NCBI GenBank assembly: GCA_963707395.1
Contig: CAVPPQ010000008.1
Span: 2,747 to 66,746 of the forward strand
DNA: 64,000 nt
Direction: 5' to 3'
Source of the DNA: an uncultured Chloroflexia bacterium
Lineage (GTDB): Bacteria > Chloroflexota > Limnocylindria > Limnocylindrales > CSP1-4
Below, piece by piece: positions 18,075 through 27,654 of this stretch (position 1 is the stretch's first letter; every line of letters begins with the position of its first letter). The notes below the pieces were generated by a model. The model did not search any database. It was not told the origin of the DNA and worked only from the letters and a program-made list of their open reading frames with translations. Both the position numbers and the translations under genes were made by a program.

Positions 18075-18574
18075 GCAACAGGCGCGGCCGTGGCAGACGC
18101 TGCCAGACCTCGCTGCAGCACCTCTAACACCGCGTGCGGCCCCCGCCAGCCGTCACTGGGCGGCCCCCACCGGCCGCGTCATTCCTGGACAGAAGTCCGC
18201 ACAGAAGACCTTGGGCGCCCTTTGGGACACATCCGCCACGGTCGCGTGGCTCGAGAGCCGTGACAGGCCGCGGGTCGCGCGACGTGGTCGAGCGTGGATG
18301 AGCGTCACCGGGCACGGAGCGAAGCCCCAAGATGCCGCAGGCGGACCCGCGGATCGGTCGACGCGCCAGCCAAGGGGCCCCACCAGCACTTCTGTCCTCC
18401 GTCGGTCGCCTGAGCCCGGCATAGCGGCTCACACGCGGACAGATGGCCGGAACCTGGTCGTGTGGGTGAGTGGCCCCCATCCGCAAGATCGTGATGATGC
18501 CCGACGGGTGGCCGAGCCTCGTGCGGACCGCCAGCACCAGCTGGGGAACGCTGCGGCCGGTGGTGACCGCCCCG

Positions 18575-19994
18575 TCAGCCCACGCGGCGCGTGGCCCGGG
18601 CCCCGAAGTGCATGTAGCGCTCGCCCGTGGGAAGCGAGTAGAAGGTGACCGGGAACCACGTCTCCGCTTCCGGCGGCCGGACGACGAAGAGGCTCGGGCC
18701 CACTGCCACCATGGGGTACTCCTTGGGCGGCTCGGGCGCCAGCTCCGCCAGCGGTCCCATGACCGTCGTTCGCAGTCGAGCCGTCTCATGCTCGGCATCG
18801 GCCGCCAGCACCTCCAGGCGCACAGAGGCGCGCTCGTAGGTGCCCAGGAAGGGTGACGGGTCGACGTCCACCGGCTCCGCCGGCGGGCCGAGCGGCACGG
18901 GCATGCGCAGACCGGCGACCTGCTGGAAGATCTCGCGAAAGAGGTCCTCGTAGAGATCTCGCGTCTGCCCGCCGTTGGTGAGGAGCGTGACCGCCAGCCC
19001 CTGCTCGGGCAGCAGGCGCAGGAAGGCGGCCTGGCCGATGGTATTGCCGTCGTGCCCGATGAGCCGGTGCCCGTCCCAGCCGAAGCGGATCCAGCCCAGG
19101 CCCCAGGAATCGCCGAGGATGTACGGGTCGGGCAGGTCCGCCTGTCGGTCGGCCATGGCCGCGACGCTCTCTTCGCCGAGCACACGCTCGCCGCCGGCGG
19201 TGCTCCCGCCCGCGAGGTGCATCCGCGCGAAGGTCAGCACGTCGGCCGCGTTGGAGACGATCAACCCGGCCGGACCGACCGAGCGCATGAGGCCCCAGAC
19301 CGGCGCCACGCTGCTGTTGGCCCTCGTCATCGACATGGCCAACGGCTGCCGCGTGGAGGAGGGCCTCCTCCGGCAGCGTGACGGTGTGCTGAAGCCCCAA
19401 AGGTGTGAACAGGCGCTCGCGCAGGGCCTTGTCCCAGGTGTCGCCGGTGATGCGCTCGATGATCCGGCCCAGCAGCGAGTAGCCAGAGTTGCAGTAGGAC
19501 CAGGTGGCCCCCAGTGGATGGTTCTGAGCCACGTCCGCGAGGAGCGCGACGTAGCGCTCCAGGCAGTCGTCGCCGCGTCCGGTGTCCGTGAACACGTCCC
19601 CGTCGATGCCGCTGGTGTGCGTGAGGAGATGTCGCACGGTGACCTGGCGGGCGACCTCCGGCTCGGCCAGCTGCAGCTCCGGCAGCACCTCTCTCACGGG
19701 CGCGTCCAGGTCGATGCGCCCCTCGTCGACCAGCTGCATGACGAGGGTGGCGGTCCAGACCTTGGTGATCGAGCCGATCTGGAAGAGGGCCTTGGTCGTG
19801 GTCGGCGTGCCCGTGCGCAGGCTGAGCACGCCGTGGGCCGCCTCCAGCAGTTCGTCGGGACCGCCGTCCGAGCAGCGCAGGATGCCCAGCTGGGCACCCG
19901 GGACGCGGTGCTTCGTGGCCAGCTCGACGAGGCGATGCTGCCAGTGGTCGGCGTCCAAGGGTGCCGAGCCGTCGATCTCCATGCTGCGCTTCAC
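18575..19994 (-). pseudogene. S12/beta-lactamase-fold serine hydrolase, paralog of 24009..25427, interrupted by a frameshift near 19320 (one extra base)
   Basis: ORF 18786..19994 carries SITK and YCNSGY up to AAVGHVDDEG. The homology then continues in ORF 18575..19342 (NSSVAPVWGLMRS...GHDGNT...). The 1420-nt span equals 473 codons plus 1 nt. A GTGA overlap links it to the upstream ATPase gene. Confidence 0.8.
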
Positions 19995-20950
19995 GGTGTG
20001 CTCCGATCCTCTGTGGTGGCGGGTTGGGTGGGCGGGGCGAAGTGGCAGGCGGCACGCTGGCGATGGTCGGCGGTCGGCTCGACGAGCCGGCAGACCTCGC
20101 GACCGGGGTCGACCAGCGGGCCCACCGGGCAGCGCGTGTGATAGGGGCAGCCAGGCGGTGGGTGGTGCGGGTCGACGGCCTCCAGCACCTCGATGGCGCC
20201 CTGCGCCGGCGCAGGGCGACCTCCCGGGATGGCTGCCAGCAGGTCGCGGGTGTAGGGATGCTGTGGATCGGCGAGGACTTCCGCGGCCGTCCCGAACTCC
20301 ACGATGCGGCCCAGGTACATGACCGCGATGTGGTCGGCCACGTAGCGCACCACGGCCAGGTTGTGCGAGATGAAGAGGATGGACAGGCCCAGCTCGCGCT
20401 GCAGCTCGCGAACGAGGTTGAGCACGGCGCCCTGGATGGAGACATCCAGGGCGGAGGTGATCTCGTCGGCGATGAGGACATCCGGTCGCCCGGCCAGGGC
20501 ACGAGCCAGGGCCACGCGCTGTCGCTGCCCGCCCGAGAGGTGGGCCGGCACGACCCGGGAGCGCGCCGGGTCCAGGTGGACCAGCGTGAGCAGGCGCTCG
20601 ACCTCCGCCCGGCGCTCGCTCCGGCTGAGGCCCGGCGGCAGCGCCTCCTCGATGGACTCGCCGATGGTCATGCGCGGATCGAGCGAGGAGTAGGGGTCCT
20701 GGAAGACCATCTGAAGCGGTCGCCTGCCCTTTGTCGGGATAGGCGCCCCGTCGAAGAGGATGCGCCCGGCGTGCAGCGGCACGATGCCCACCGCGGCCCG
20801 GGCCAGGGTGGACTTGCCGGAGCCCGATTCCCCTACCAGGCCCACGACGGTCCCCGGCGCCACGCCAAGAGTGACCCGGTCCAGGGCGGTCACGCCGTGG
20901 CGCCGGCTCCCGTAGCGGACGCTGACGTCCTCGAAGCGCAGGCCCGTCAT
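19991..20950 (-). CDS. Peptide/nickel ABC transporter ATP-binding protein (DppF/OppF-like)
   Basis: ORF trimmed to ATG 20950 ([14 protein letters not shown]), with an ATGA overlap upstream. Contains [24 protein letters not shown] and a C-terminal oligopeptide-ABC extension ([16 protein letters not shown]). Confidence 0.9.
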   Translation of the reverse strand: MTGLRFEDVSVRYGSRRHGVTALDRVTLGVAPGTVVGLVGESGSGKSTLARAAVGIVPLHAGRILFDGAPIPTKGRRPLQMVFQDPYSSLDPRMTIGESIEEALPPGLSRSERRAEVERLLTLVHLDPARSRVVPAHLSGGQRQRVALARALAGRPDVLIADEITSALDVSIQGAVLNLVRELQRELGLSILFISHNLAVVRYVADHIAVMYLGRIVEFGTAAEVLADPQHPYTRDLLAAIPGGRPAPAQGAIEVLEAVDPHHPPPGCPYHTRCPVGPLVDPGREVCRLVEPTADHRQRAACHFAPPTQPATTEDRSTP

Positions 20951-22950
20951 GCCGGCGTCACCGGGTGCGGCGCCATGCCCAGGTCCGCGCCGGCCTGTGG
21001 CGCGGTCGGGAAGACGGCCGCGATCCCGAGGTCGAGCGGCTCTCCTGCGTGCCAGCAGGCCACGCCGTGCCCGGCCGCATCGGTCACCAGGACGGGGTCG
21101 AGGTCCAGGCAGCGCTGGTCGGCCAGCGGGCAGCGTGCCGCATAGGCGCACCCGGGCGGCACCTCCGATGGCTCCACGGGCCGGCCCGGGATCACGGCGA
21201 GCGGCCGGTCCCGGTCGCTCGCCATGTCCGGCACGGCGGCCACGAGCGCCCGCGTGTAGGGGTGCTGCGCCCCCGTGGCCAGCTCGGCCGCCGGGAGGTC
21301 CTCCACGATGCGCCCGGCGTACATGACCAGGACCCGGTCGCAGACCTGCCGCACGACGGCCACGTCGTGGCTGATGAGCAGGAGGGCCACGCCGTCGGCC
21401 TCGCGGATCGACTGGAGCAGGCTGAGCACCTGCTTCTGGATGGTGACATCCAGGGCGGTCGTGGGCTCGTCGGCGATGATGAGCGCAGGGCTGCCCATGA
21501 GCCCCATGCCGATCATGGCGCGTTGCCGCATGCCGCCCGAGAACTCGTGGGGATACTGTCCGGCGCGCCGCTCGGGGGCCGGCACGTGGACGGCTCGCAG
21601 GCGGTCGACGGCGCGTGCGTGGGCCTCCGCGCGGCTCATGTCCAGGTGGTGACGGCCCACCTCCGCGAGCTGTCCGCCGATCCGGCGGGTGGGGTTGAAG
21701 GAGGTGCCGGGATCCTGGAACACCATCGACAGAGAGGTGCCCAGGAAGTGGCGGTGCAGGCGCTCGCCGCCGTGCAGCAGGTCCGTGCCCAGCAGGCGCA
21801 GGCTCGTGGCTGTCACGCGCCCCGGTTCCTCGATGAGCTGCGCCACGGCCAGCGCCGTCAACGACTTGCCCGAGCCGGATTCCCCGACGATGCCCACCGC
21901 CTCGCCCGGCTCGACCCGGAAGGTCAGACCGCGGACCGGTCGCACGGGGCCTTGGGGCGTGGGGAAGGAGACGCTCAGGTCGCGCACCTCGAGCAGCGCC
22001 TCGCGCAGCGCCGCGCGGCCATCCTCGTCCGGACCGGCCGAGCGGCTCCGCGATCCCACCTCGCCCGCCGGGACCGCCGACGCGACGGCGACGCTGGCAC
22101 CCGGCCGGCGCGGCCCGCCCGCTTCCAGCGTCGTGAGGCCGAAGCCCTTGGCGATGGTCTCGCCGAAGAGGTTGAAGGCAAGCCCCGCCACGACGATGGC
22201 CAAACCCGGAGCCAGCGCCCCAACGGGCTGGATGTAGATGCTCGCCAGGCCGTCCATGAGCAGCCGGCCCCAGTCGTACGCCGGGGCCTGCACGCCTAGC
22301 CCGAGGAACGACAGCCCGGCGAAGGCCAGCAGGGCCGCGCCGGCGCCGATGGTGGCGTTGACGATGAGGGGCTCCCCGATGTTGGGCAGCACGTGTCGCA
22401 GCAGCAGCCTGCCACGGTCGACGCCCGCGATCCGTGCCGCGGTCACGAAGTCGCGCTGGGCGACGCCCGCGATGAGCGTCTGGCAGAGGCGCGCGAATGA
22501 CGGTGCCCCGGCCAGCCCGATGGCCAGCACCGCGCCCACCGCGCCGACGCCGAAGATGACCGCGAAGAAGAGCGCCAGCAGCAGCCCCGGGAAGGCCACC
22601 GCGATGTTGACGACCCCGGTCAACAGCCGACCGAAGCGCCGGCCCACCAGCATGGGCCCGGAGCCCAGCAGGAGCCCCACGCTGACGGCCACCGCGGTCG
22701 CCGAGAGGGCCAGCACGACCGAGAGCCGGGTGGCCACCAGCACGCGGGCCAGGATGTCCCGGCCCAGGTTGTCCGTCCCGGCCCAGTGCTCCGGCGACGG
22801 GCCGGCCAGCATCTGGCTCGTATCGACCGCCGCGGCCTGCTCGCCCCAGATCAACGGCCCCACCACGGCCAGGGTCAGCACCACGCCCATGAGCGTGACC
22901 GCGGTCAGGCCGACCGGCGTCCGGAATGCGCGCACCCAGCGACCGCTCAC
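20947..22950 (-). CDS. Fused peptide ABC permease (DppC-like) and ATP-binding (DppD-like) protein
   Basis: 667 aa. The N-terminal roughly 290 aa is multi-TM with a BPD_transp_1 core. A roughly 40-aa linker follows, then an NBD with [32 protein letters not shown] and HPYTRAL..CAYAARCP. Confidence 0.85.
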   Translation of the reverse strand: MSGRWVRAFRTPVGLTAVTLMGVVLTLAVVGPLIWGEQAAAVDTSQMLAGPSPEHWAGTDNLGRDILARVLVATRLSVVLALSATAVAVSVGLLLGSGPMLVGRRFGRLLTGVVNIAVAFPGLLLALFFAVIFGVGAVGAVLAIGLAGAPSFARLCQTLIAGVAQRDFVTAARIAGVDRGRLLLRHVLPNIGEPLIVNATIGAGAALLAFAGLSFLGLGVQAPAYDWGRLLMDGLASIYIQPVGALAPGLAIVVAGLAFNLFGETIAKGFGLTTLEAGGPRRPGASVAVASAVPAGEVGSRSRSAGPDEDGRAALREALLEVRDLSVSFPTPQGPVRPVRGLTFRVEPGEAVGIVGESGSGKSLTALAVAQLIEEPGRVTATSLRLLGTDLLHGGERLHRHFLGTSLSMVFQDPGTSFNPTRRIGGQLAEVGRHHLDMSRAEAHARAVDRLRAVHVPAPERRAGQYPHEFSGGMRQRAMIGMGLMGSPALIIADEPTTALDVTIQKQVLSLLQSIREADGVALLLISHDVAVVRQVCDRVLVMYAGRIVEDLPAAELATGAQHPYTRALVAAVPDMASDRDRPLAVIPGRPVEPSEVPPGCAYAARCPLADQRCLDLDPVLVTDAAGHGVACWHAGEPLDLGIAAVFPTAPQAGADLGMAPHPVTPA

Positions 22951-22955
22951 CGTGC

Positions 22956-23966
22956 TCAGTCCTGCCTGATCAGCGAGCGCGGGTCGAGCAGTGCCAGGAT
23001 CATGTCCACGGCGAGGTTCACGAGCAGCACGAACGTGCCGTACACGAGCACGGTCGCCTGGACCAGCATGTAGTCCTTGTCCAGGATGGAGCGCACGATG
23101 GTGCCGCCGAGCCCCGGCCAGGCGAAGACGTTCTCCACGAGCACGGTGGCGGCCACCAGCGAGCTGAGCAGCAGCCCCGCCAGCGTGAGCGACGCGGTCA
23201 GCGCGTTGGGCAGGGCGTGCCCGAGGTAGATGACGTGCGGCGGGAGCCGCTTGGCGCGGGCCGTGCGGATGAAGTCGGCCTCCAGCACGCTGACCATCTC
23301 CACCCGGACGATGCGGGCCAGGATGACGGCCGGGCCGAGGGCCAGCGCGAGCACCGGCAGGATGTAGGAATCAGGTCCTGAGCGGCCGGCCACCGGAAGC
23401 CAGTCCAGGTTGACGGCGAAGACGTAGACGAGCACGACACCGACGATGATGTCGGGCACCGTGCCGAGGACCACGCTGGCCGTGGTGAAGCCGAGCTCGG
23501 TCCGCCGGCGCCGGCCGCGCCGGGTCAGGACGCCCATCGTCACACCCAGCGGGACCGCCACCGCCACCGCCACCAGGAACGCCAGGACCGCCAGCGCCAG
23601 CGTCGCGGGCAGGCGCTGGGCGATGACGTCCGCGACAGGCGTCTTGGTGATCATCGAGGTGCCGAAGTCCCCGCTCAGCAGGCCGCGCAGGTAGTCGACG
23701 TACTGGACCCACAGGGGGTCGTTCAGCCCGAGGGCCTCGCGAGTCGACTCCACCAGCGCCGGGGGGGCTGTCATGCCGAGCGCCCCCCGCACCGGGTCCC
23801 CGGGGATGAGGTGGATCATCAGGAACGAGGCCGTGATGAGCACCCACAGCGACACCAGCAGGCGCCCCAGGCGCCGGCCGACGAAGGCCGTCCAGGGATT
23901 CGACGCGAGCCTGGCGAGCACGCCCGGCCTGGACGTCTGCCCGACGGCTGGCTCCACGGCGTTCAC
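22956..23966 (-). CDS. Peptide ABC transporter permease (DppB-like)
   Basis: 336 aa with six predicted TM segments. The N-terminus RRLGRLLVSLWVLITASFLMIHLIPGDP is typical of DppB/OppB. Confidence 0.9.
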   Translation of the reverse strand: MNAVEPAVGQTSRPGVLARLASNPWTAFVGRRLGRLLVSLWVLITASFLMIHLIPGDPVRGALGMTAPPALVESTREALGLNDPLWVQYVDYLRGLLSGDFGTSMITKTPVADVIAQRLPATLALAVLAFLVAVAVAVPLGVTMGVLTRRGRRRRTELGFTTASVVLGTVPDIIVGVVLVYVFAVNLDWLPVAGRSGPDSYILPVLALALGPAVILARIVRVEMVSVLEADFIRTARAKRLPPHVIYLGHALPNALTASLTLAGLLLSSLVAATVLVENVFAWPGLGGTIVRSILDKDYMLVQATVLVYGTFVLLVNLAVDMILALLDPRSLIRQD

Positions 23967-24008
23967 GTCACAGGGGCCGTGTGAGCCAGCAGCTGGAGAC
24001 GGGCGGGC

Positions 24009-25427
24009 TCAGCGCCCGGCGGGGTTCACGTCGCCGGGCACGCCCCCGGCCCGTCGGATGGCTCGACCGATGTGCAGGTAGAGGGCCCGGCCATGGCCGT
24101 CATCGCCGACGAAGGCGTGGGGCAGGTACATGCCCCGGTCGGCCTCCAGCGGGATGAGGCTGTCGCCCTCGTAGTGGACGAGCTCCTTGCGCTCGGGTTG
24201 CTCACCCATCTCCGCGAAGATGCCCTTGGGGATCTGGTCGAGCCAGATGCGTCCGTTGGCTTCCTGGCTGACGACCAGGTCCACGACCTGCGCCGAGTAG
24301 GTGCCCACGTAGCGGCTGGCGTCGATGCGCTGGGGCGCGGCCGGCGGGCTGGGCAGTGGCGCCATGGTCACGCCGGCCAGCTCCGCGAGCACGTGGCTGA
24401 AGATGTCTCGGTACAGCGAGAAGGCGTCCCCGCCATTGGTCATGAGGGTCACGGCGACGCCCTTCTCGCGGCTGAAGCGCAGGAAGGCGCCCTGCCCGAT
24501 GGTGCTGCCGTCGTGGCCGGTCACCAGCCCGGCAGGCGTCCGGAACAGCTCGGGGCCAAGGCCCCAGGCGTCGCCCATGAGCCCGAGCCTCGGCAGCTCG
24601 ACCGCGGGTTCGTGCATCAGGTCGAGCGTCTCTGGCCGGAGCACCGCGGTCCCATCCGCCGCCTGCCCCGCGTTCATGTGCATCTGCGCGAAGGCGAGCA
24701 GGTCCCGCGGGCGCATCGTGAGCATCGAGCCGGCCGGCGCGTTGGAGCGGGCCAGCGCCCAGATGGGCGCCGGCACGAGGCCGGCATCCGGACTCGCCTG
24801 CACGTGGCCGACTGCCGCCCGGAAGAGGATGGCCTCCCAGGGGCCGTTGGCCGCGTGGGTGAGGCCGAGCGGCGCGAAGAGGTGCTCACGCAGGCAGTCG
24901 TCGTAGGGCTTCTGGCGCAGCACCTCGACCAGGCGACCGAGCACGCAGTAGCCCGCGTTGTTGTACGAGAAACGCTCACCGGGCGGGAAGAGCTGGGGCG
25001 TGTCGCCGAGCGTCAGGACGAACTTCTCCAGGCAGTCGTCCCCCTTGCCCGTGTCGGTGAAGATGTCGCCTTCGAAGCCGGCCGTGTGGCTGAGCAGCTG
25101 GCGCGGCGTGATCGATGCCGCCGCGGCCTCATCCGCGATCGTGAACTCCGGCAGGTAGGCGCGCACGGGCCGGTCGATGTCCAGGCTGCCCTCGTCCACC
25201 AGCTGCATCACCAGGGTGGCGGTCCAGAGCTTGGTGATGGAGCCGATCTGGAAGAGCGAATCCGGCGTGGCCTCCACGCCGGTGGCAAGGCTCAGCAGGC
25301 CCGTCGCCGCGTCGATCATCTGGCCGTCCGCCAGCACGCCGACGGCCGCCCCGGGCACGCCGTGTTCCTTGGCCAGGACGGGGAGGCGGTCGTCGATCCA
25401 GGCTTCGACGTCGTGGAGTCTGCTCAT
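24009..25427 (-). CDS. S12-family serine hydrolase (beta-lactamase fold; D-aminopeptidase / D-stereospecific peptidase-like)
   Basis: 472 aa. SxxK = SITK (QIGSITKLWTAT), YxN = YNN (SYNNAGY), third motif HDG (TGHDGSTIG) instead of KTG. No signal peptide is evident. Confidence 0.9.
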   Translation of the reverse strand: MSRLHDVEAWIDDRLPVLAKEHGVPGAAVGVLADGQMIDAATGLLSLATGVEATPDSLFQIGSITKLWTATLVMQLVDEGSLDIDRPVRAYLPEFTIADEAAAASITPRQLLSHTAGFEGDIFTDTGKGDDCLEKFVLTLGDTPQLFPPGERFSYNNAGYCVLGRLVEVLRQKPYDDCLREHLFAPLGLTHAANGPWEAILFRAAVGHVQASPDAGLVPAPIWALARSNAPAGSMLTMRPRDLLAFAQMHMNAGQAADGTAVLRPETLDLMHEPAVELPRLGLMGDAWGLGPELFRTPAGLVTGHDGSTIGQGAFLRFSREKGVAVTLMTNGGDAFSLYRDIFSHVLAELAGVTMAPLPSPPAAPQRIDASRYVGTYSAQVVDLVVSQEANGRIWLDQIPKGIFAEMGEQPERKELVHYEGDSLIPLEADRGMYLPHAFVGDDGHGRALYLHIGRAIRRAGGVPGDVNPAGR

Positions 25428-25536
25428 CGAGTGCTTCTCCGTCTCAACGGCTCATGGGCACGGGGACAGGAGCCCCGCCGCTCGTGGGATGGAAAGGCGA
25501 CCGGCTCGCCGCTGGACGAGCCGGTCGAGCATCCTC

Positions 25537-27075
25537 CTACTTCTCGATCATGCGGATGCTGGTGGGCACGAGCGAGCCGGAGATGACGAACTCCGCCCCG
25601 TTGCCGAAGGTCTGCACGACCGTGTTGGCGAAGGGCACCACGTCAGCGCCGGCCACCAGCTTGGACTCCGCCTCCAGCCAGGTGGGGCAGCCTTCCGCGC
25701 CCACCATGGTCACCGCCGACTGCACGCCGGCGTCGTAGTCGGGGTTCGCGATGGCCGCGAAGTTGGCACCGCCCTCGGCGAGACCCGGTCCCGACAGGAA
25801 CGGCACGAGCTGGTCCGGGTTGCTGACGTTCAAGGCCACCCATGCGACATCCCAGTCACCGGTGCCGAAGAGGGTCTCCTGGGTGGCCGTGCCGCCCTGG
25901 GCCTTGTCGACGACCTCGATGCCGAGTGCCGTCCACTGCTGCGTGGCCAGCTCGGCCGCGGCCTGCCCGGCCGGGCCGGCGCCGGTGTCGTGAAGGAACG
26001 TGATGCTGGTCGGCCCCTCGATGAGCCCGCGGGCGGCCTCGGCGTCGAAGGGCGGCAGGGCCGCGCTGATCGAGTCACCGGGGCAGGCGACCGGGGGGAG
26101 GGTGGCGAAGGTCGTGGCGGCCGACCCCTGGCCGGCCGTGAGCACCTGCTGCAGCTGCCCGAGATCGACGGCCTGGACGAGGGCCTGACGGAGCGCGGGG
26201 TCGGCGGTGGGTCGGCCCTCAGCATGGTTGAACCACATCTCGCCGATGAGGGCGGCCGTCTCCGTGTAGAAGAGGCCTTCCTGCACGAGCCGCTGGGCGT
26301 CCGGGCCGATGACGGTGGCCGCGTTCACGTCGCCCGTGAGCAGCAGGTTGGCCGCCGTGGCGGGGTTCTCGACGATGCGCAGGACGACCGTGTCGGGCAT
26401 GCCCGCGACGTCGGTGCTGGCGCCATCCGGTCCCCACGTGTAGCCGTCACGGATGGTGTACGTGTAGTGGTCGCCAGGCGCGGCCTCGCTGAGGACGTAC
26501 GGCCCGGTGCCGGACGTGACACTCACGAGCGATGCCCGGTCGGCCATGCCGGCGGCGCAGACGATGGGCAGGTCGGCCAGGCCGTTGAGCACGAAGGGTG
26601 CGGGGGCGGCCAGGGTGATGGTCACCGTGCGTGCCGCGTCATCGGCCACGGCCGTGGCGCCGACCGGGTAGTACGTGCCCAGGAAGGGGCTCTGGTTCGC
26701 GGGGTCGGCCACGTAGTCGAGGTTGGCCACCACGTCAGTGGCGGTCAGGGGCGAGCCGTCCGCGCAGGTGATGCCCTCGGCGAGGGTGAGCTGCACGGTC
26801 GTGCCGTCCACCGACCAGTCGGTCGCCAGCTGGCTCTTGATCGTGCCGTCCACGGCATCCAGGCTGAGCAGCGAGTCGTACGCGAAGCGAGTGACCTGGA
26901 AGAGCGCGCTGGCCGCGCCCGACTGCGGGTCCAGGTTGCCCGGGTCGGCAGAGAGGGTCATGGTGAACGTGCCGCCATCGACGACGTCGCCGGTGGCGGC
27001 CAGGGCGAGGCCGCCCGAAGAGAGCAGGCTGCCTCCTGCGAGCACGAGGCTGAACGCGATGGCCGGAGCCTTCAT
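25537..27075 (-). CDS. Peptide/nickel ABC transporter substrate-binding protein (SBP family 5)
   Basis: ORF trimmed to ATG 27075 (MKAPAIAFSLVLAGGSLLSSGGLALA signal), with RBS AGGGAAGGA upstream. It has family-5 length and layout and is the first gene of the minus-strand operon. Confidence 0.9.
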   Translation of the reverse strand: MKAPAIAFSLVLAGGSLLSSGGLALAATGDVVDGGTFTMTLSADPGNLDPQSGAASALFQVTRFAYDSLLSLDAVDGTIKSQLATDWSVDGTTVQLTLAEGITCADGSPLTATDVVANLDYVADPANQSPFLGTYYPVGATAVADDAARTVTITLAAPAPFVLNGLADLPIVCAAGMADRASLVSVTSGTGPYVLSEAAPGDHYTYTIRDGYTWGPDGASTDVAGMPDTVVLRIVENPATAANLLLTGDVNAATVIGPDAQRLVQEGLFYTETAALIGEMWFNHAEGRPTADPALRQALVQAVDLGQLQQVLTAGQGSAATTFATLPPVACPGDSISAALPPFDAEAARGLIEGPTSITFLHDTGAGPAGQAAAELATQQWTALGIEVVDKAQGGTATQETLFGTGDWDVAWVALNVSNPDQLVPFLSGPGLAEGGANFAAIANPDYDAGVQSAVTMVGAEGCPTWLEAESKLVAGADVVPFANTVVQTFGNGAEFVISGSLVPTSIRMIEK

Positions 27076-27654
27076 GGTGTTTCCTTCCCTGCGTCTGTTC
27101 ACGGATCGTTCGTGAGTCTAGCCCTTCGATCCGCATCCAGGCCAAGCCGCCGGACCTGATGGACGGTGACACTCAGCCCGGTCTCTACGACGCGCCCGGG
27201 CGCGAACGGCTCCGGGCTCGCGAGGCGCCGCCCGTTGCGGGTCATGCCAGCTTGAGGTCACATGTCCGCCCAGGGTCCGCTATCCGCGGTTCAGGGGTCC
27301 GGTGCAGGCCAGATGTGCTCGTGGGACGCATTGGCCGCCGGATCCACGGGACTGGCGACTGCCCATCGGCGCCCCGTCTCTCTGCCCTGCCAGGTCACGC
27401 GCATCCACGCTTGGCCCGGCCTCTGCGCCCACCGGAGTCAGGCAGACCGCGGCGCGCGCACTCGCCGGGGGTGTCCTGGAGGACGCCCAAGGCCGTCAGC
27501 GCGCACATCTGTCCAGGGGCCGGCTCGCCCGGGCGTGCGGCTGCTCATCCCGGGTGCCGTTCCGGAACGGGGTGGAGGTGGCCGCTATCATGGTTAGCCG
27601 GAAGCCAGTCGTGCCCATCGTGAACGAGCCAACGAACGTCCCAGGAGTCTGCTG

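Noticed and set aside
18075-18574. RNase P RNA, tmRNA, SRP RNA or a cobalamin riboswitch in the 500-bp gap.
   Set aside because: I looked on both strands for the signature strings: GGAAAGTCCGGGC and ACAGAACCCGGC for RNase P, GGGGCTGA and GGTTCGA..TCC..ACCA for tmRNA, the SRP GGAA loop context, and the B12-box GCCACTG. Only vague resemblances turned up (agaagtccgcacagaag). This is not enough to call an RNA gene.
24009-25427. Beta-lactam resistance gene (class C beta-lactamase).
   Set aside because: There is no signal peptide, the third motif is HDG rather than KTG, and the gene is embedded in a peptide-import operon. This is more consistent with a cytoplasmic S12 peptidase or amidase. An activity assay would be needed to exclude beta-lactamase activity.
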